Both the position numbers and the translations under genes were made by a program. From positions 3,328,001 to 3,392,000 of the forward strand of contig OZ245365.1 of assembly GCA_965226495.1 (NCBI GenBank): a stretch of DNA of 64,000 nucleotides, read 5' to 3'. The DNA comes from Candidatus Marinacidobacterales bacterium (GTDB taxonomy: Bacteria > Acidobacteriota > Vicinamibacteria > Marinacidobacterales > DATDRI01). The notes beneath the pieces are model-generated. The model was not told where the DNA came from. It saw only the letters and a list, made by a program, of their open reading frames with translations, and did no database searches. This document shows positions 19,877 to 29,450 of the stretch, in pieces. Each line of letters starts with the position of its first letter. Position 1 is the stretch's first letter.

Positions 19877-19953
19877 AGCGGATGTCCTCTAAACGGGCGA
19901 GTATAACACGCTTTCATCCCCGAGCAGGCACCCGAGCCGATCACGCAAGCCAA

Positions 19954-20625
19954 TCACCCAAGCAAGACAAGATGAAGCTCTCCGGGACCGTGAACGCCTA
20001 CCGTGTGAACAAGCTCGATGTCGCCCGTACTGCTGGGCCCGGTTATGAAGGTAAGGGCACTGGGAAGCGCCCCCTCCTCCGCGGTCACTCGCTCGAGGAG
20101 CTCCCCCAACTCGAAACAGATGTTCCGCGGGCGAAGCACCGCGATATGAAATGGCGGGACCAGGGACACGGCACGTCCTTCACCCGGACGGGTCAGAAGA
20201 GCCAGTGTGCCAGTCTCTGCGATGCCGTAGTCGACCCCCGTCAACCCAGCCTCCGCGGAAAAATTCGCATCGCGGATCGCTTCGCGCGAGCCGCCCGCTC
20301 TCAAATCGCAAACCTCGAGCTCGATCCCCGACTCGAGCAGTGCGCGGTCCAGATCGAGCTCATCCAGGACCGCGGTCCGCGTTCGCACGAGTCGGCGCAC
20401 TCTGGCAGCGCGCAGCACGCTCACAATCCGAGCCTGCGCGTCCTCCGAAGACGGTGCTCGGTGCACCACTCCTTTCACCGCCTCGAGCTCTTGGGCCAGC
20501 CGGTCTGCCAACTCCCTCTCCGAGCGGCGCTTGCGGGGGGGCCTCTCTGGCGTCTCTCGTAGGGGAACCTCGTTCGTGGTCGCGTGAGCCAAGCGGAGCC
20601 TAGCGAGAAAGGATTTCTGGTCCAT
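19954..20625 (-). CDS. lutC: lactate utilization protein C (LUD domain)
   Basis: GIAETGT, ITGPSSTGDIE and GVHGP; start at MDQKSF. Confidence 0.9.
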   Translation of the reverse strand: MDQKSFLARLRLAHATTNEVPLRETPERPPRKRRSERELADRLAQELEAVKGVVHRAPSSEDAQARIVSVLRAARVRRLVRTRTAVLDELDLDRALLESGIELEVCDLRAGGSREAIRDANFSAEAGLTGVDYGIAETGTLALLTRPGEGRAVSLVPPFHIAVLRPRNICFELGELLERVTAEEGALPSALTFITGPSSTGDIELVHTVGVHGPGELHLVLLG

Positions 20626-20633
20626 CTGTCTGC

Positions 20634-22073
20634 TTAGCCCCGCGACATTTCGAAACGCTGCCGAAAGGTCTTCCGAGCCGGCGCTGGAAAATCCCGAAAA
20701 CGTGACCAAGCGGCAAGTCCGGGAGGGCGGCGCATCATGCCGTTCGTGACGAAAGGGCGAGAGAGCCAGTAAGCCAATCGCGTGGCGAAGCGGTAGCGTC
20801 GCTCCGAGCTCATCAGGTAGACGAACGAACGCACCAGAAGCCTTTCGATCAGTCGGCGCGGGACAAAAGGGACAGGCCCGGCAGGCCGGATAGAACCCTC
20901 GCCGGAAACGACTTTCTTTCGCTGTTCCAACAGCAAACGAGGAATGTCGATGCGAACCGGACATACTTCTCGACAGGCGCCGCACAATGAAGAAGCAAAT
21001 GGAAGCTCGGGGGCTCGCTCATGTCCAACCAAAGAGGGCGTGATGACCGCTCCGATCGGACCGGAGTAGACCGAGCCGTAGGCGTGGCCGCCGGCGTGGC
21101 GATACACCGGGCAAACATTGAGGCAGGCTCCGCACCGTATGCAATAGAGCGATTCCCTCAGAATAGGATCGGCCAACAGGCGCGAGCGTCCGTTGTCGAG
21201 AACGATGAGATGAAACGCTTCCGGCCCGTCTTCCTCGCCCTCGCGCCTGGGCCCGGTGATGAGCGAAACATAGCTCGACATCTTTTGCCCGGTGGCGCTT
21301 CTGGCAAGAATTTTCAGAAAAATCGCCAGAGCCGCAAGGTCGGGGATGACTTTCTCGATGCCCATCACCGCGACGTGGACACGAGGAAGGGACGTCGAAA
21401 GCCGCGCATTGCCCTCGTTCTCAACGATCGCAATGGTCCCGGTTTCGGCGACCGCGAAATTGACGCCGGTGATCCCCATCTCAGCGTGGCGGAACTTTTC
21501 TCGGAGATGACGACGGGCCTCTCGAGCCAGCTCCTCGTGGCGCGACAGGCGAGGCGACCCGAGCTTCTCGACGAAAAGCTCTGTCACATCTTCTCTCGAT
21601 TTGTGGATCGCGGGCGCAATGATGTGGGAAGGCGCTTCGCCGGCAAGCTGAATGATGTACTCTCCCAGATCGGTCTCTACCGCCTCGACACCAGCGTCCT
21701 CCAAGGCTTCGTTGAGAGCGATCTCCTCGGTCGTCATCGACTTGCTCTTGACGACCCTACTTACCCCATACTGATGGGCAAGTCCTACGATGATCTCCTG
21801 CGCTTCTTTTGCGTCCCCGGCCCAGTGCATCGTGCCACCGTTGCCACGAACCGCCTCGGCGAGCTCGGTGAGATGTCGATCTAGCCCGGCGAGGGTTTTT
21901 TCTTTGATCTCCCTCGCGTCGTCGCGGAGGGAGTCACCCTCTGGGTATTGGGCAAAGGCCTCGTCCCTGCTCCCCATGATTTGGACGGTCGCTTTCGACA
22001 GTGCGTTCTGAAGCTTCTGATTGGAGAGGGCCTCCCTTACGTTCGCGGAGAAGCGATCGGGGCTGAGCTTCAT
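20634..22073 (-). CDS. lutB: lactate utilization Fe-S protein B
   Basis: VKSKSMTTEE, ETDLGEYI, ENEGN, CIRCGACLNVCP and SSLCGACREVCP; start at MKLSPD. Confidence 0.95.
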   Translation of the reverse strand: MKLSPDRFSANVREALSNQKLQNALSKATVQIMGSRDEAFAQYPEGDSLRDDAREIKEKTLAGLDRHLTELAEAVRGNGGTMHWAGDAKEAQEIIVGLAHQYGVSRVVKSKSMTTEEIALNEALEDAGVEAVETDLGEYIIQLAGEAPSHIIAPAIHKSREDVTELFVEKLGSPRLSRHEELAREARRHLREKFRHAEMGITGVNFAVAETGTIAIVENEGNARLSTSLPRVHVAVMGIEKVIPDLAALAIFLKILARSATGQKMSSYVSLITGPRREGEEDGPEAFHLIVLDNGRSRLLADPILRESLYCIRCGACLNVCPVYRHAGGHAYGSVYSGPIGAVITPSLVGHERAPELPFASSLCGACREVCPVRIDIPRLLLEQRKKVVSGEGSIRPAGPVPFVPRRLIERLLVRSFVYLMSSERRYRFATRLAYWLSRPFVTNGMMRRPPGLAAWSRFRDFPAPARKTFRQRFEMSRG

Positions 22074-22807
22074 AACTCGTCTCCGGCCAGTAAGCGTGCA
22101 ACATGCACCACCCGCAATCCACTCCCCCGTCTGCGCAAAGCACCATCGAGATGCATGAGGCAACCGGAATCCGTCGCGGTCAAAACGTCCGCGCCTGTCG
22201 ATTCGAGCGCCTCGAGCTTATCGTTCAGCATGGCCTCCGAAAGCTCCGACATCTTGATCGAGAAAGCACCGCCAAAACCGCAACAGACGTTGGCTCCCGG
22301 AAGTTCTACGAGGTCCAAACCGTTCACGTCCTGCAATAGCTGGCGTGGCTGTTCGCAGACCCCGAGCTCGCGAAGAAGGTGACAAGAATCATGGTAGGTA
22401 ATCCGCTTCGAAACGCCAGGGGAGTCTTCCTTCCCAGATCGAAATCCCTCTTTGGAAAGAAACTCGGTTAGCTCGTAGACCCGGCTCGCCAGCCGACGAG
22501 CCCGTTCTTGCCACTCCGGCTCGCCTTCGAACAGCTCGGGGTAGAAGACCCGCACCATGCTCGTACAGGAGCCAGAGGGCGCGACGACGGCGGCGTACGG
22601 CTCGAATATCTCGATGAATCGACGAGCGAGCCGACGCGCTTCGTCCTGATAACCCATGTTGAAGGCCGGCTGCCCGCAGCAGGTTTGAGCCTGAGGAAAG
22701 TCCGGCCGACACCCGACCCTTTCGAGACAGGCAACCGATGACTCTCCCACCTCGGGAAATAGCTCGTCAACGAGGCAGGTTACGAAGAAAGCGACTTCTT
22801 TCGCCAT
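22070..22807 (-). CDS. lutA: lactate utilization protein A (CCG domains)
   Basis: FVTCLVD, QTCCGQP, YHDSCH and CCGFGGAF; start at MAKEVAF. Confidence 0.93.
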   Translation of the reverse strand: MAKEVAFFVTCLVDELFPEVGESSVACLERVGCRPDFPQAQTCCGQPAFNMGYQDEARRLARRFIEIFEPYAAVVAPSGSCTSMVRVFYPELFEGEPEWQERARRLASRVYELTEFLSKEGFRSGKEDSPGVSKRITYHDSCHLLRELGVCEQPRQLLQDVNGLDLVELPGANVCCGFGGAFSIKMSELSEAMLNDKLEALESTGADVLTATDSGCLMHLDGALRRRGSGLRVVHVARLLAGDEL

Positions 22808-22824
22808 TGGGAACCGGGCCCTGA

Positions 22825-23166
22825 TCAACCGGGCGGCCAACGGAAGTTGCGGCCGGTCAGAAGGTGCAAGTGCAGGTGATAAACGGTTTGGCCAGCCCAG
22901 CTGTTGCAATTCACGACCAAACGATAACCCTTTTCCGCAACTCCCTCTTCGCGTGCTATGTCGCGTGCCTTGAGCACCAATCCTCCCACCAAATCCACGT
23001 CCTCTCTGCTAAGGTCGTTGATGGTGGGAATGTGCTTCTTCGGAATGACCAAGATGTGGGTGGGAGCCTGAGGGTTGATGTCTCGAAATGCGTAGATGCG
23101 CTCGTCCTCGAAGACCGAGGTACTGGGTCGATGCTTTTCGACGATATCACAGAAAGTGCATCCCAT
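22825..23166 (-). CDS. hinT: HIT family nucleotide-binding protein (HINT)
   Basis: CTFCDI, FRDINPQAPTH, GQTVYHLHLHL and WPPG; start at MGCTFC. Confidence 0.93.
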   Translation of the reverse strand: MGCTFCDIVEKHRPSTSVFEDERIYAFRDINPQAPTHILVIPKKHIPTINDLSREDVDLVGGLVLKARDIAREEGVAEKGYRLVVNCNSWAGQTVYHLHLHLLTGRNFRWPPG

Positions 23167-23285
23167 CAGTGGTGTCCGGTGCCTCGATGTTATGCGCAAG
23201 CGGCAGTTGCGGTCAACGAAGCGTCCTCGTCGATTCCGACGTGGCCCCGCGGGCACCTACCTGATAAGTTAGCTCACCAACGAGT

Positions 23286-23394
23286 CCCGCCTCCGCTGAA
23301 GCTTCCGCCGACGCTCCGCTTTGGCGAGACTCGACGAAGCCCGAAGGGCGAAGTCGGTCGGCGGGCCCGCCGAAGTCCTTGGAACGGAGGCGGG
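23286..23394. repeat. nested REP/MITE-like palindromic element
   Basis: Perfect 10-bp terminal inverted repeats CCCGCCTCCG / CGGAGGCGGG, with a second degenerate copy inside. Confidence 0.75.
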
Positions 23395-23424
23395 TCGGGC
23401 TGAACATCAAGGAGGTCCTGATCT

Positions 23425-23874
23425 ATGAGCAAGAAAGCAGAGCTGTTGAGTCGCGGACATACGAAGCTAACCTTAGCGGGAGCGAAAGTCATTTTGGAAG
23501 CGGCCGAGGCAAAGGCGCGCGAGATGAGTCTAGCCATGGACATCGCGGTCTGTGACGAGGGAGGAAACCTTCTAGCCTTTCACCGCATGGAAGGGGCAAA
23601 GATAACGAGCATCGAGGTTGCCATCGGCAAGGCTTTCACCTCCGCCGCCACTCGACTCTCGACCGCGAAGTACGGCGAGGTGGCGGGGCCGGGCAAACCG
23701 GCGTTCGGCATTCACGTCAGCAATAGCGGCCGATTCATGATATTCGGCGGTGGTCTTCCCATTTCGGTCGGCGGCGAGCACGTGGGAGGGATCGGAGCTA
23801 GCTCGGGCACGGTCGACCAAGACACCGCCGTCTCTCAGGCCGGGATCGACGCTCTAATGGCCGCTCTTCGGTAG
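23425..23874 (+). CDS. GlcG/HbpS-family heme-binding protein
   Basis: IAVCDEGGNLLAFHRMEGA...AIGKAFT...GGGLPI...GGIGASSG; AAGGAGG RBS. Confidence 0.9.
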   Translation: MSKKAELLSRGHTKLTLAGAKVILEAAEAKAREMSLAMDIAVCDEGGNLLAFHRMEGAKITSIEVAIGKAFTSAATRLSTAKYGEVAGPGKPAFGIHVSNSGRFMIFGGGLPISVGGEHVGGIGASSGTVDQDTAVSQAGIDALMAALR

Positions 23875-23978
23875 ATGTCGCACCTTTACATCCTGCTGTT
23901 GGGCGCGAAAATGCCGGTTGCCAGAATCGAACTCGCCAGGCGCCCCTTGTGGGGCGCGCTCCAGTGCGCTACGAATAA

Positions 23979-25169
23979 GTGATGCTTGCCGCCACGCTGG
24001 GAATCGCTCTCCTTCTCTCGCAGACCCCGGCCGAACCGTCTGACAGCGAAGACACTACCGAACAAGAGTCTCCCCGCTACGGCATCTCCGCCGACTTCGA
24101 TTGGAGCTTCAGCAACGCCGAGAAGTCTCCGCTGAACTTGACCTACTACGACAAGAACATCTTGAAGCTCCTGCGAGTCTCGCTGCTCTTCAACTTTCGC
24201 GCTTCGGATCGCGTCGGCCTCTATGTGAACATCACGTCGGAGAACCTCGACGCGCCCCATCTTTATGGGGCGTTCGTGCGCTTGGCGCCGCTTACCGACA
24301 ACAAGCTGTGGATCCAAGCGGGTAAGATCCCGCAACCCTTCGGCGCCTTTCCCGAACGTTGGTATCCATTCGCCAACCCGTTGATCGGTGACCCCTTCAT
24401 GTATTCCTACGTCACCTCCCTTCGACCCGATAACATCCCCGCCGGCCCCGATGACCTGTTGAGTCAAAGAGGAAACGGACGCTCAGCGCAGTTTCGCGGA
24501 GGAGGCAACGCCTCGCGAAGTAGCGGCGTTCCGATGATCGAGATCTTCAAATGGGCGGCTGGCGGAGTCGGGTTTGGAAGCGTCGGTCCATTCGAGTGGT
24601 TGGCCGGCGCCACCTCGGGAACTCTCTCTCACCCCGGAGGCGTCGACGAAGGTGACGGTGCGCAAGTCATAGGGAGGGCCCGCTATAAACCCTCTCCGGT
24701 TTTCAACGCCGGGGTATCGGCGGCAAGCGGTCGATGGCTCGACAACGTCGTCGAAGGCGGTTTGGGTGACCAGACGCTGAGCTCGTTCAAGCAGACCGGC
24801 GTCGGCGGGGACTTCAACTACGCTCGAGGCCATCTCATCGTGTACGGGGAGACGGCGTGGTCCCGTTGGGATGTTCCCAACATCGAAGAATCGGTCGATG
24901 CGCTCTCGGCGTTTCTCGAGACCCGTTACCGTCTAATCCCCGGCTTGTACGTGGCGGGACGGCTCGATCGCCTGATGTTCAGCGACATTACCTCGAGGAG
25001 CGGACAGCGCGAACCGTGGGAGTTTCCGGTCACCCGAGTGGAGATCGGTACCGGCTATTCCTGGGAAAGGCACGTGATACTGAAAGTGGTCGGTCAATTC
25101 AACTTGTACGACGAGGCCTCGGAGTTCGATGAGAAGATCATTGCGTTTCAAGTCGTGGTGCATTTCTAG
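23979..25169 (+). CDS. putative outer-membrane beta-barrel protein (porin-like)
   Basis: Signal peptide, alternating amphipathic strands, IQAGKIPQPFG and a C-terminal Phe (VVVHF). Confidence 0.7.
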   Translation: MMLAATLGIALLLSQTPAEPSDSEDTTEQESPRYGISADFDWSFSNAEKSPLNLTYYDKNILKLLRVSLLFNFRASDRVGLYVNITSENLDAPHLYGAFVRLAPLTDNKLWIQAGKIPQPFGAFPERWYPFANPLIGDPFMYSYVTSLRPDNIPAGPDDLLSQRGNGRSAQFRGGGNASRSSGVPMIEIFKWAAGGVGFGSVGPFEWLAGATSGTLSHPGGVDEGDGAQVIGRARYKPSPVFNAGVSAASGRWLDNVVEGGLGDQTLSSFKQTGVGGDFNYARGHLIVYGETAWSRWDVPNIEESVDALSAFLETRYRLIPGLYVAGRLDRLMFSDITSRSGQREPWEFPVTRVEIGTGYSWERHVILKVVGQFNLYDEASEFDEKIIAFQVVVHF

Positions 25170-25833
25170 CGCCCTCACTGGTTTCGTTGCCACCGCGGCA
25201 TCGACTCCGAGTGACGCCCAGAGTGGGCGGCCGGCGAGCCTCCACGGCAAAGTCGAGTTCCGCGGCTTCGTTCGCGCTCCCCAGTACGTCAACGATTTCT
25301 ATTCCTACCGACCACCCTCCATCGCGCCGGGACAGGAAAGTCCTCTTCGCGCCGTAATCTACTTAGAGGATCGGGACGACCGCCTCGCACCTGTCCACAA
25401 GATGCCACCGGCAGCCATCGACCAGAAAGGTGAGATGTTCATGCCGCACATCCTGGCCGTGCAGTCAGGCACCCGCGTCGACTTCCCAAACAGTGACGTC
25501 ATTTATCACAACGTGTTCTCCTTCTCCAAGGTCAAGCGTTTCGATCTCGGACGTTACCCGAAGGGTCAATCCCGTTCGGTGATCTTCGATCGCGTCGGCT
25601 TGGTACGAGTCTTTTGCGAGATCCATTCACACATGAGCGCGTTCGTCATGGTATTGCCTCACGGGTACTTCGACACCACCGATGCATCTGGCACCTACCG
25701 CATCTCGAAGATTCCACCCGGGCGATATCATGTGGTGGTGTGGAATGATCAGTTTCGTTCCGCACGCCGAGAAGTCGTGCTCAAGAGTGGAGAAGATACC
25801 GAGCTTGACATCGTCCTCGAACTGTCTCGCTGA
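25129..25833 (+). CDS. periplasmic cupredoxin (MauL-like) with a carboxypeptidase-regulatory-like C-terminal domain
   Basis: IDQKGEMFMPH...VDFPNSD..YHNVFS...FCEIHSHM (His plus C-x2-H-x2-M), then TTDASGTYRI..IPPGRY. Confidence 0.85.
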   Translation: MRRSLRFKSWCISSALTGFVATAASTPSDAQSGRPASLHGKVEFRGFVRAPQYVNDFYSYRPPSIAPGQESPLRAVIYLEDRDDRLAPVHKMPPAAIDQKGEMFMPHILAVQSGTRVDFPNSDVIYHNVFSFSKVKRFDLGRYPKGQSRSVIFDRVGLVRVFCEIHSHMSAFVMVLPHGYFDTTDASGTYRISKIPPGRYHVVVWNDQFRSARREVVLKSGEDTELDIVLELSR

Positions 25834-25839
25834 GCAATC

Positions 25840-27471
25840 ATGTCGCTGCGCAATAAACTCTTCGTTTCCTTCGCGGCTATTTCCCTCCTCCTTCTCGCCT
25901 TCGTTTTCGTCGCCGTGGAGCTACGGGTGCGGGAACAGGTGTCGGGAGACACGGTGACGGAACTGCGGCAAACCGACGCCGCCTTCGTCGAACATTGGGA
26001 ATTTCTACGGGAACGGCTGTCTCGACAGGGCGCCATTGCCGCCGACGCTCCCAAGCTGAAGGCGGCCGTCGACACCGACGATCCGGCGACGATCCAACCG
26101 GTTGCCGACGAATTGCGCGACATGATCGATGCCGATTTGTTCGAGGTGCGGAACCAGCGGGGGCGTTCTCTGGCACGATTCGCCGAGGGGGACAACCATT
26201 CCTATTTGGAGGTGAGTTTCCCAATCGTCGTCGGCGACAGCGCGCTCGGGAGCCTCACCGCGGGTTACGGACTGGACCGGGCGTTTGCGGCACGCATGAA
26301 GCGGTTAGTGGGCGCGGAAGTGGCGGTGGTCCTCGAAAATCGAGTTCTCGCATCCACGCTTCCCTCGCAGCGCGAGGTGGAGCTCGCCGAGGGCCTGACC
26401 TCGCCCAACAAGGAAGGGACCTGGCAGCTGAACCTGGATGGTGAGTCCTACGTAGCGATGGCCGTCTCCCACGAGACGGGGTCGCAAGCCCAGTTCCTGA
26501 TCCTCCGTTCGTTAGATGAGAGCCTCCGTTTTCTCGGTGCGGTACGCCGCGATTTGGTCTTGCTCGGTATCTTTACGACCGCGATCGCTCTCCTAGCCAG
26601 CTACTTGACGGCGCGAACACTCACTCGGCCGTTGGCCGCCATTGTGGAGGGCATGCGAGAGACGGCTCGCTCGGGCGACCTGACGCGGCAAATCCACATT
26701 GAAAGCCGCGATGAAGAGGCGTCTTTGCTGGCCAAGACCTTCAATCACGTGGCGAGCTCACTCCTCGCATTCCAGAAGGAGGCGAAGCACAAAGAGCGGC
26801 TGGCGTCGCTGGGACGCCTTTCCGCCACCCTCGCACACGAGATTCGAAACCCCCTGACCATTATCAAGGGCTCGGCTCAGCAACTTCTCGAAGAGAGCTC
26901 CCTCGACAGCGAGGAGCGCGAAGCGGCGGCGGACATTATCCAGGAAGTAGATCGTCTGAATCGGCTGGTCCAATCGGTTCTGGAATCGGCCCGCCCGGCT
27001 TCTTTTCGTCTCGAGGAGGTCGATATCAACGAGCTCTGCGCGGATTGTCTGAGCGCGGTCGCCGACTCGCCACGGGTCAGGACCGAAACCAGCTGGGACC
27101 AGCGCCTGGAGCATGCGTCGGTGGACCCGGCGCGCCTCAAGCAGGTTCTATTGAACGTTCTGCTCAACGCGCAGGAGGCGATGTCCGGCGAGGGGACGCT
27201 GCGAATTAAGACCCGTCGCGCCAACGGCGATTACATCATTTTTGTCTCGGACACCGGCAACGGGATTAGCGAAGAGGATCTGCCGAACGTTTTCGAGCCC
27301 TTTTTCACCCAGAAGGCGAACGGTACCGGCCTCGGTCTTTCCGTCGCCCAGAATATCGTCGACGGCCTCGGGGGCCGCATCTCGGTCCACAGCACGCTCG
27401 GCCAAGGTACCGACGTGGAGCTTCGTCTACCCCTTACGCCTCGCCTCCCGACCTCCCCGACCTCCTCATGA
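25840..27471 (+). CDS. membrane sensor histidine kinase (periplasmic sensor, HAMP, HisKA, HATPase)
   Basis: Two TM segments, LAHEIRNPL, NVLLNA, DTGNGI, FEPFFT and GTGLGL. Confidence 0.95.
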   Translation: MSLRNKLFVSFAAISLLLLAFVFVAVELRVREQVSGDTVTELRQTDAAFVEHWEFLRERLSRQGAIAADAPKLKAAVDTDDPATIQPVADELRDMIDADLFEVRNQRGRSLARFAEGDNHSYLEVSFPIVVGDSALGSLTAGYGLDRAFAARMKRLVGAEVAVVLENRVLASTLPSQREVELAEGLTSPNKEGTWQLNLDGESYVAMAVSHETGSQAQFLILRSLDESLRFLGAVRRDLVLLGIFTTAIALLASYLTARTLTRPLAAIVEGMRETARSGDLTRQIHIESRDEEASLLAKTFNHVASSLLAFQKEAKHKERLASLGRLSATLAHEIRNPLTIIKGSAQQLLEESSLDSEEREAAADIIQEVDRLNRLVQSVLESARPASFRLEEVDINELCADCLSAVADSPRVRTETSWDQRLEHASVDPARLKQVLLNVLLNAQEAMSGEGTLRIKTRRANGDYIIFVSDTGNGISEEDLPNVFEPFFTQKANGTGLGLSVAQNIVDGLGGRISVHSTLGQGTDVELRLPLTPRLPTSPTSS

Positions 27472-27596
27472 GGGGGAAACCGGCCCCGCCCCTGACCATG
27501 TAATGACGTGTAATGACATGTTGACGAGATGTCCCCACCCTCATTGACAGCGCACGGGGTCGCTGTCTAGAGTGGGGGCCACAGTAGGTTCGAGCC

Positions 27597-28973
27597 ATGA
27601 TAGCGACCACTCCCCCGGCGTCCCTTCGGGTCGGTAGAATCCTCATTGTCGACGATGAGGTCAAGATCTTGAAGCTCCTCTCGCGGTACTTTTCCCGCCA
27701 TGGACACGAGGTCAAGGTCACGACGGAGCCCTACGAAGCCCTCCGGTTGGTTCAATCCGAGCGGTTCGATGTCCTCATCCTCGATCACCGCATGCCGCAG
27801 CTTACCGGCCTGGAGGTCTTCAAAAGGGTCCGTCGCGGCGAGACCCCGCCGCAAGTCATTTTGATGACCGCACACGCCACAGTGGAAGAGGCCGTCGAAA
27901 CGATGAAGCTCGGTGCGGTCGATTACATCCAAAAACCCTTCGACTTCGACTCGATGAAAGAGGCGGTGCGGAAGGCTCTCGAGCAACGGGTCGGGCCGGG
28001 GGCAGTGGCTGCAGTGGTGGCGGCGCCCACGGAAACAGAGGGCATTGCTGAATTGGAAGGGCGCAGTCCAGCAATGAGTGAATTGCTCTCCAAAATTGAA
28101 GCCGTGGCCGCCACCGATTCGACGGTCGTCATCACGGGCGAGACCGGTACCGGAAAGGAACTCGTCGCGCGCGCCATCCACCGCCGATCCGGGCGGAGCG
28201 CCAAGCCTATGGTCCGCGTCAACTGTGCGGCTATCCCAGAGGGCTTGCTCGAGAGCGAGATGTTTGGCCACACGCGCGGAGCGTTCACGGGCGCGACCCA
28301 GAGTCGTCGCGGTAAATTCGCGCTCGCTCACCGCGGGAGCCTGTTCTTAGACGAGATCTCTGGGCTGAGTGCGTCCCTCCAACAGAAACTCCTACGAGTC
28401 TTACAGGAACGAGAATTCGAGCCCTTGGGCTCCGAACGAACGACCAAGGTCGACGTCCGCATCCTGGCCGCCACGAACCGCGATCTGTCCGAGCTCACCA
28501 GGAACGGCGATTTTCAAGAGGACCTCTATTACCGGCTCAACGTGATTCCCATCGACGTCCCCGCGCTTCGTGAGCGGCGCGAGGACATCCCTTTGCTCGC
28601 TGAGACGTTTCTCGAACGATTCTCGACGAGACTCCGGAAGTCGTTCCGTGGCTTCTCTCCGGAGGCGCTGGAGACGTTGCTCGCCTACGACTGGCCTGGC
28701 AACGTCCGCGAGCTCGAGAACGCGGTGGAGCGAGCGGTCGCACTCGGTTCGGGTCCAAGCGTGGGCTCGGAGTCTTTCGCCGACCTCAACCAAGGGCTTT
28801 CTCATGGTCCTCCTTTGCCGACCCTCGATCTTCACGAGAATCTCGGCTGGATCACGCGGCAAACGATTCGAAGAAGCCTGGAAAAGGTAAACGGCCGTAA
28901 GAAAGATGCCGCGGGTTTGCTGGGTATCAGCCAGCGCGCGCTTAGTTACTATCTGCGCAAGTATCAACTGTAG
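27597..28973 (+). CDS. sigma54-dependent NtrC-family response regulator
   Basis: REC domain (VDDE, LDHRMP), GETGTGKE, ESEMFGHTRGAFTGA, FLDEI, WPGNVRELEN and a Fis-type HTH. Confidence 0.96.
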   Translation: MIATTPPASLRVGRILIVDDEVKILKLLSRYFSRHGHEVKVTTEPYEALRLVQSERFDVLILDHRMPQLTGLEVFKRVRRGETPPQVILMTAHATVEEAVETMKLGAVDYIQKPFDFDSMKEAVRKALEQRVGPGAVAAVVAAPTETEGIAELEGRSPAMSELLSKIEAVAATDSTVVITGETGTGKELVARAIHRRSGRSAKPMVRVNCAAIPEGLLESEMFGHTRGAFTGATQSRRGKFALAHRGSLFLDEISGLSASLQQKLLRVLQEREFEPLGSERTTKVDVRILAATNRDLSELTRNGDFQEDLYYRLNVIPIDVPALRERREDIPLLAETFLERFSTRLRKSFRGFSPEALETLLAYDWPGNVRELENAVERAVALGSGPSVGSESFADLNQGLSHGPPLPTLDLHENLGWITRQTIRRSLEKVNGRKKDAAGLLGISQRALSYYLRKYQL

Positions 28974-28983
28974 AGTGCCCGCT

Positions 28984-29009
28984 CCCGCCGTAGTCTCCAC
29001 GAAGGCGGA
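28984..29009. repeat. half copy of the REP-like element
   Basis: CCCGCCGTAG-TCTCCA-CGAAGGCGGA matches the right half of the element at 9291. Confidence 0.55.
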
Positions 29010-29073
29010 CGCTGGCCGCGCTAGTCGCCGGATTTCAAAGCCGCACCGACCCCGCGATTTCGCCCCTTCCCTG

Positions 29074-29407
29074 TTTTCCACAGAATCTGTGCAGTTCATG
29101 TGGAAAAGTTGTCGATTGAGGTCCTGAGACCCGCGAACCGGTTGCCTTCGAAGCGTTTTGCACAGTCCTTGAGCAGAGATTTGTCTGATTTAATTTGGGA
29201 TTTCTGAATATCTGTTAGGCAGATTCCTGAATCGCCACAACAACACGACGCTCTTAGAGTCTGAGCGGCGCCATGACCGCGTTTATGTGCTCTTACGTAC
29301 AGATCGTCGACTTCCAGCGGCACTGTAGAGCCGGGATTTGCACAACTGTCGACGTAGAAAATTCTGGCGCTTTCCACCCTTGGTTTTAGGGGAGATCCCG
29401 TGGATAA
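29074..29407. other. DnaA-box cluster with an AT-rich stretch (candidate oriC or DnaA-titration locus)
   Basis: TTTTCCACA 29074-82, TGTGGAAAA 29099-107 and TTTTGCACA 29156-64 all match TTWTNCACA. ATTTGCACA 29336-44 and CGTGGATAA 29399-407 each have one mismatch. AT-rich GATTT repeats at 29178-29226. Confidence 0.6.
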
Positions 29408-29450
29408 TACGTTCTCGGTAATAGCCCCAACATGAAAAGGAGGTTGGGTC

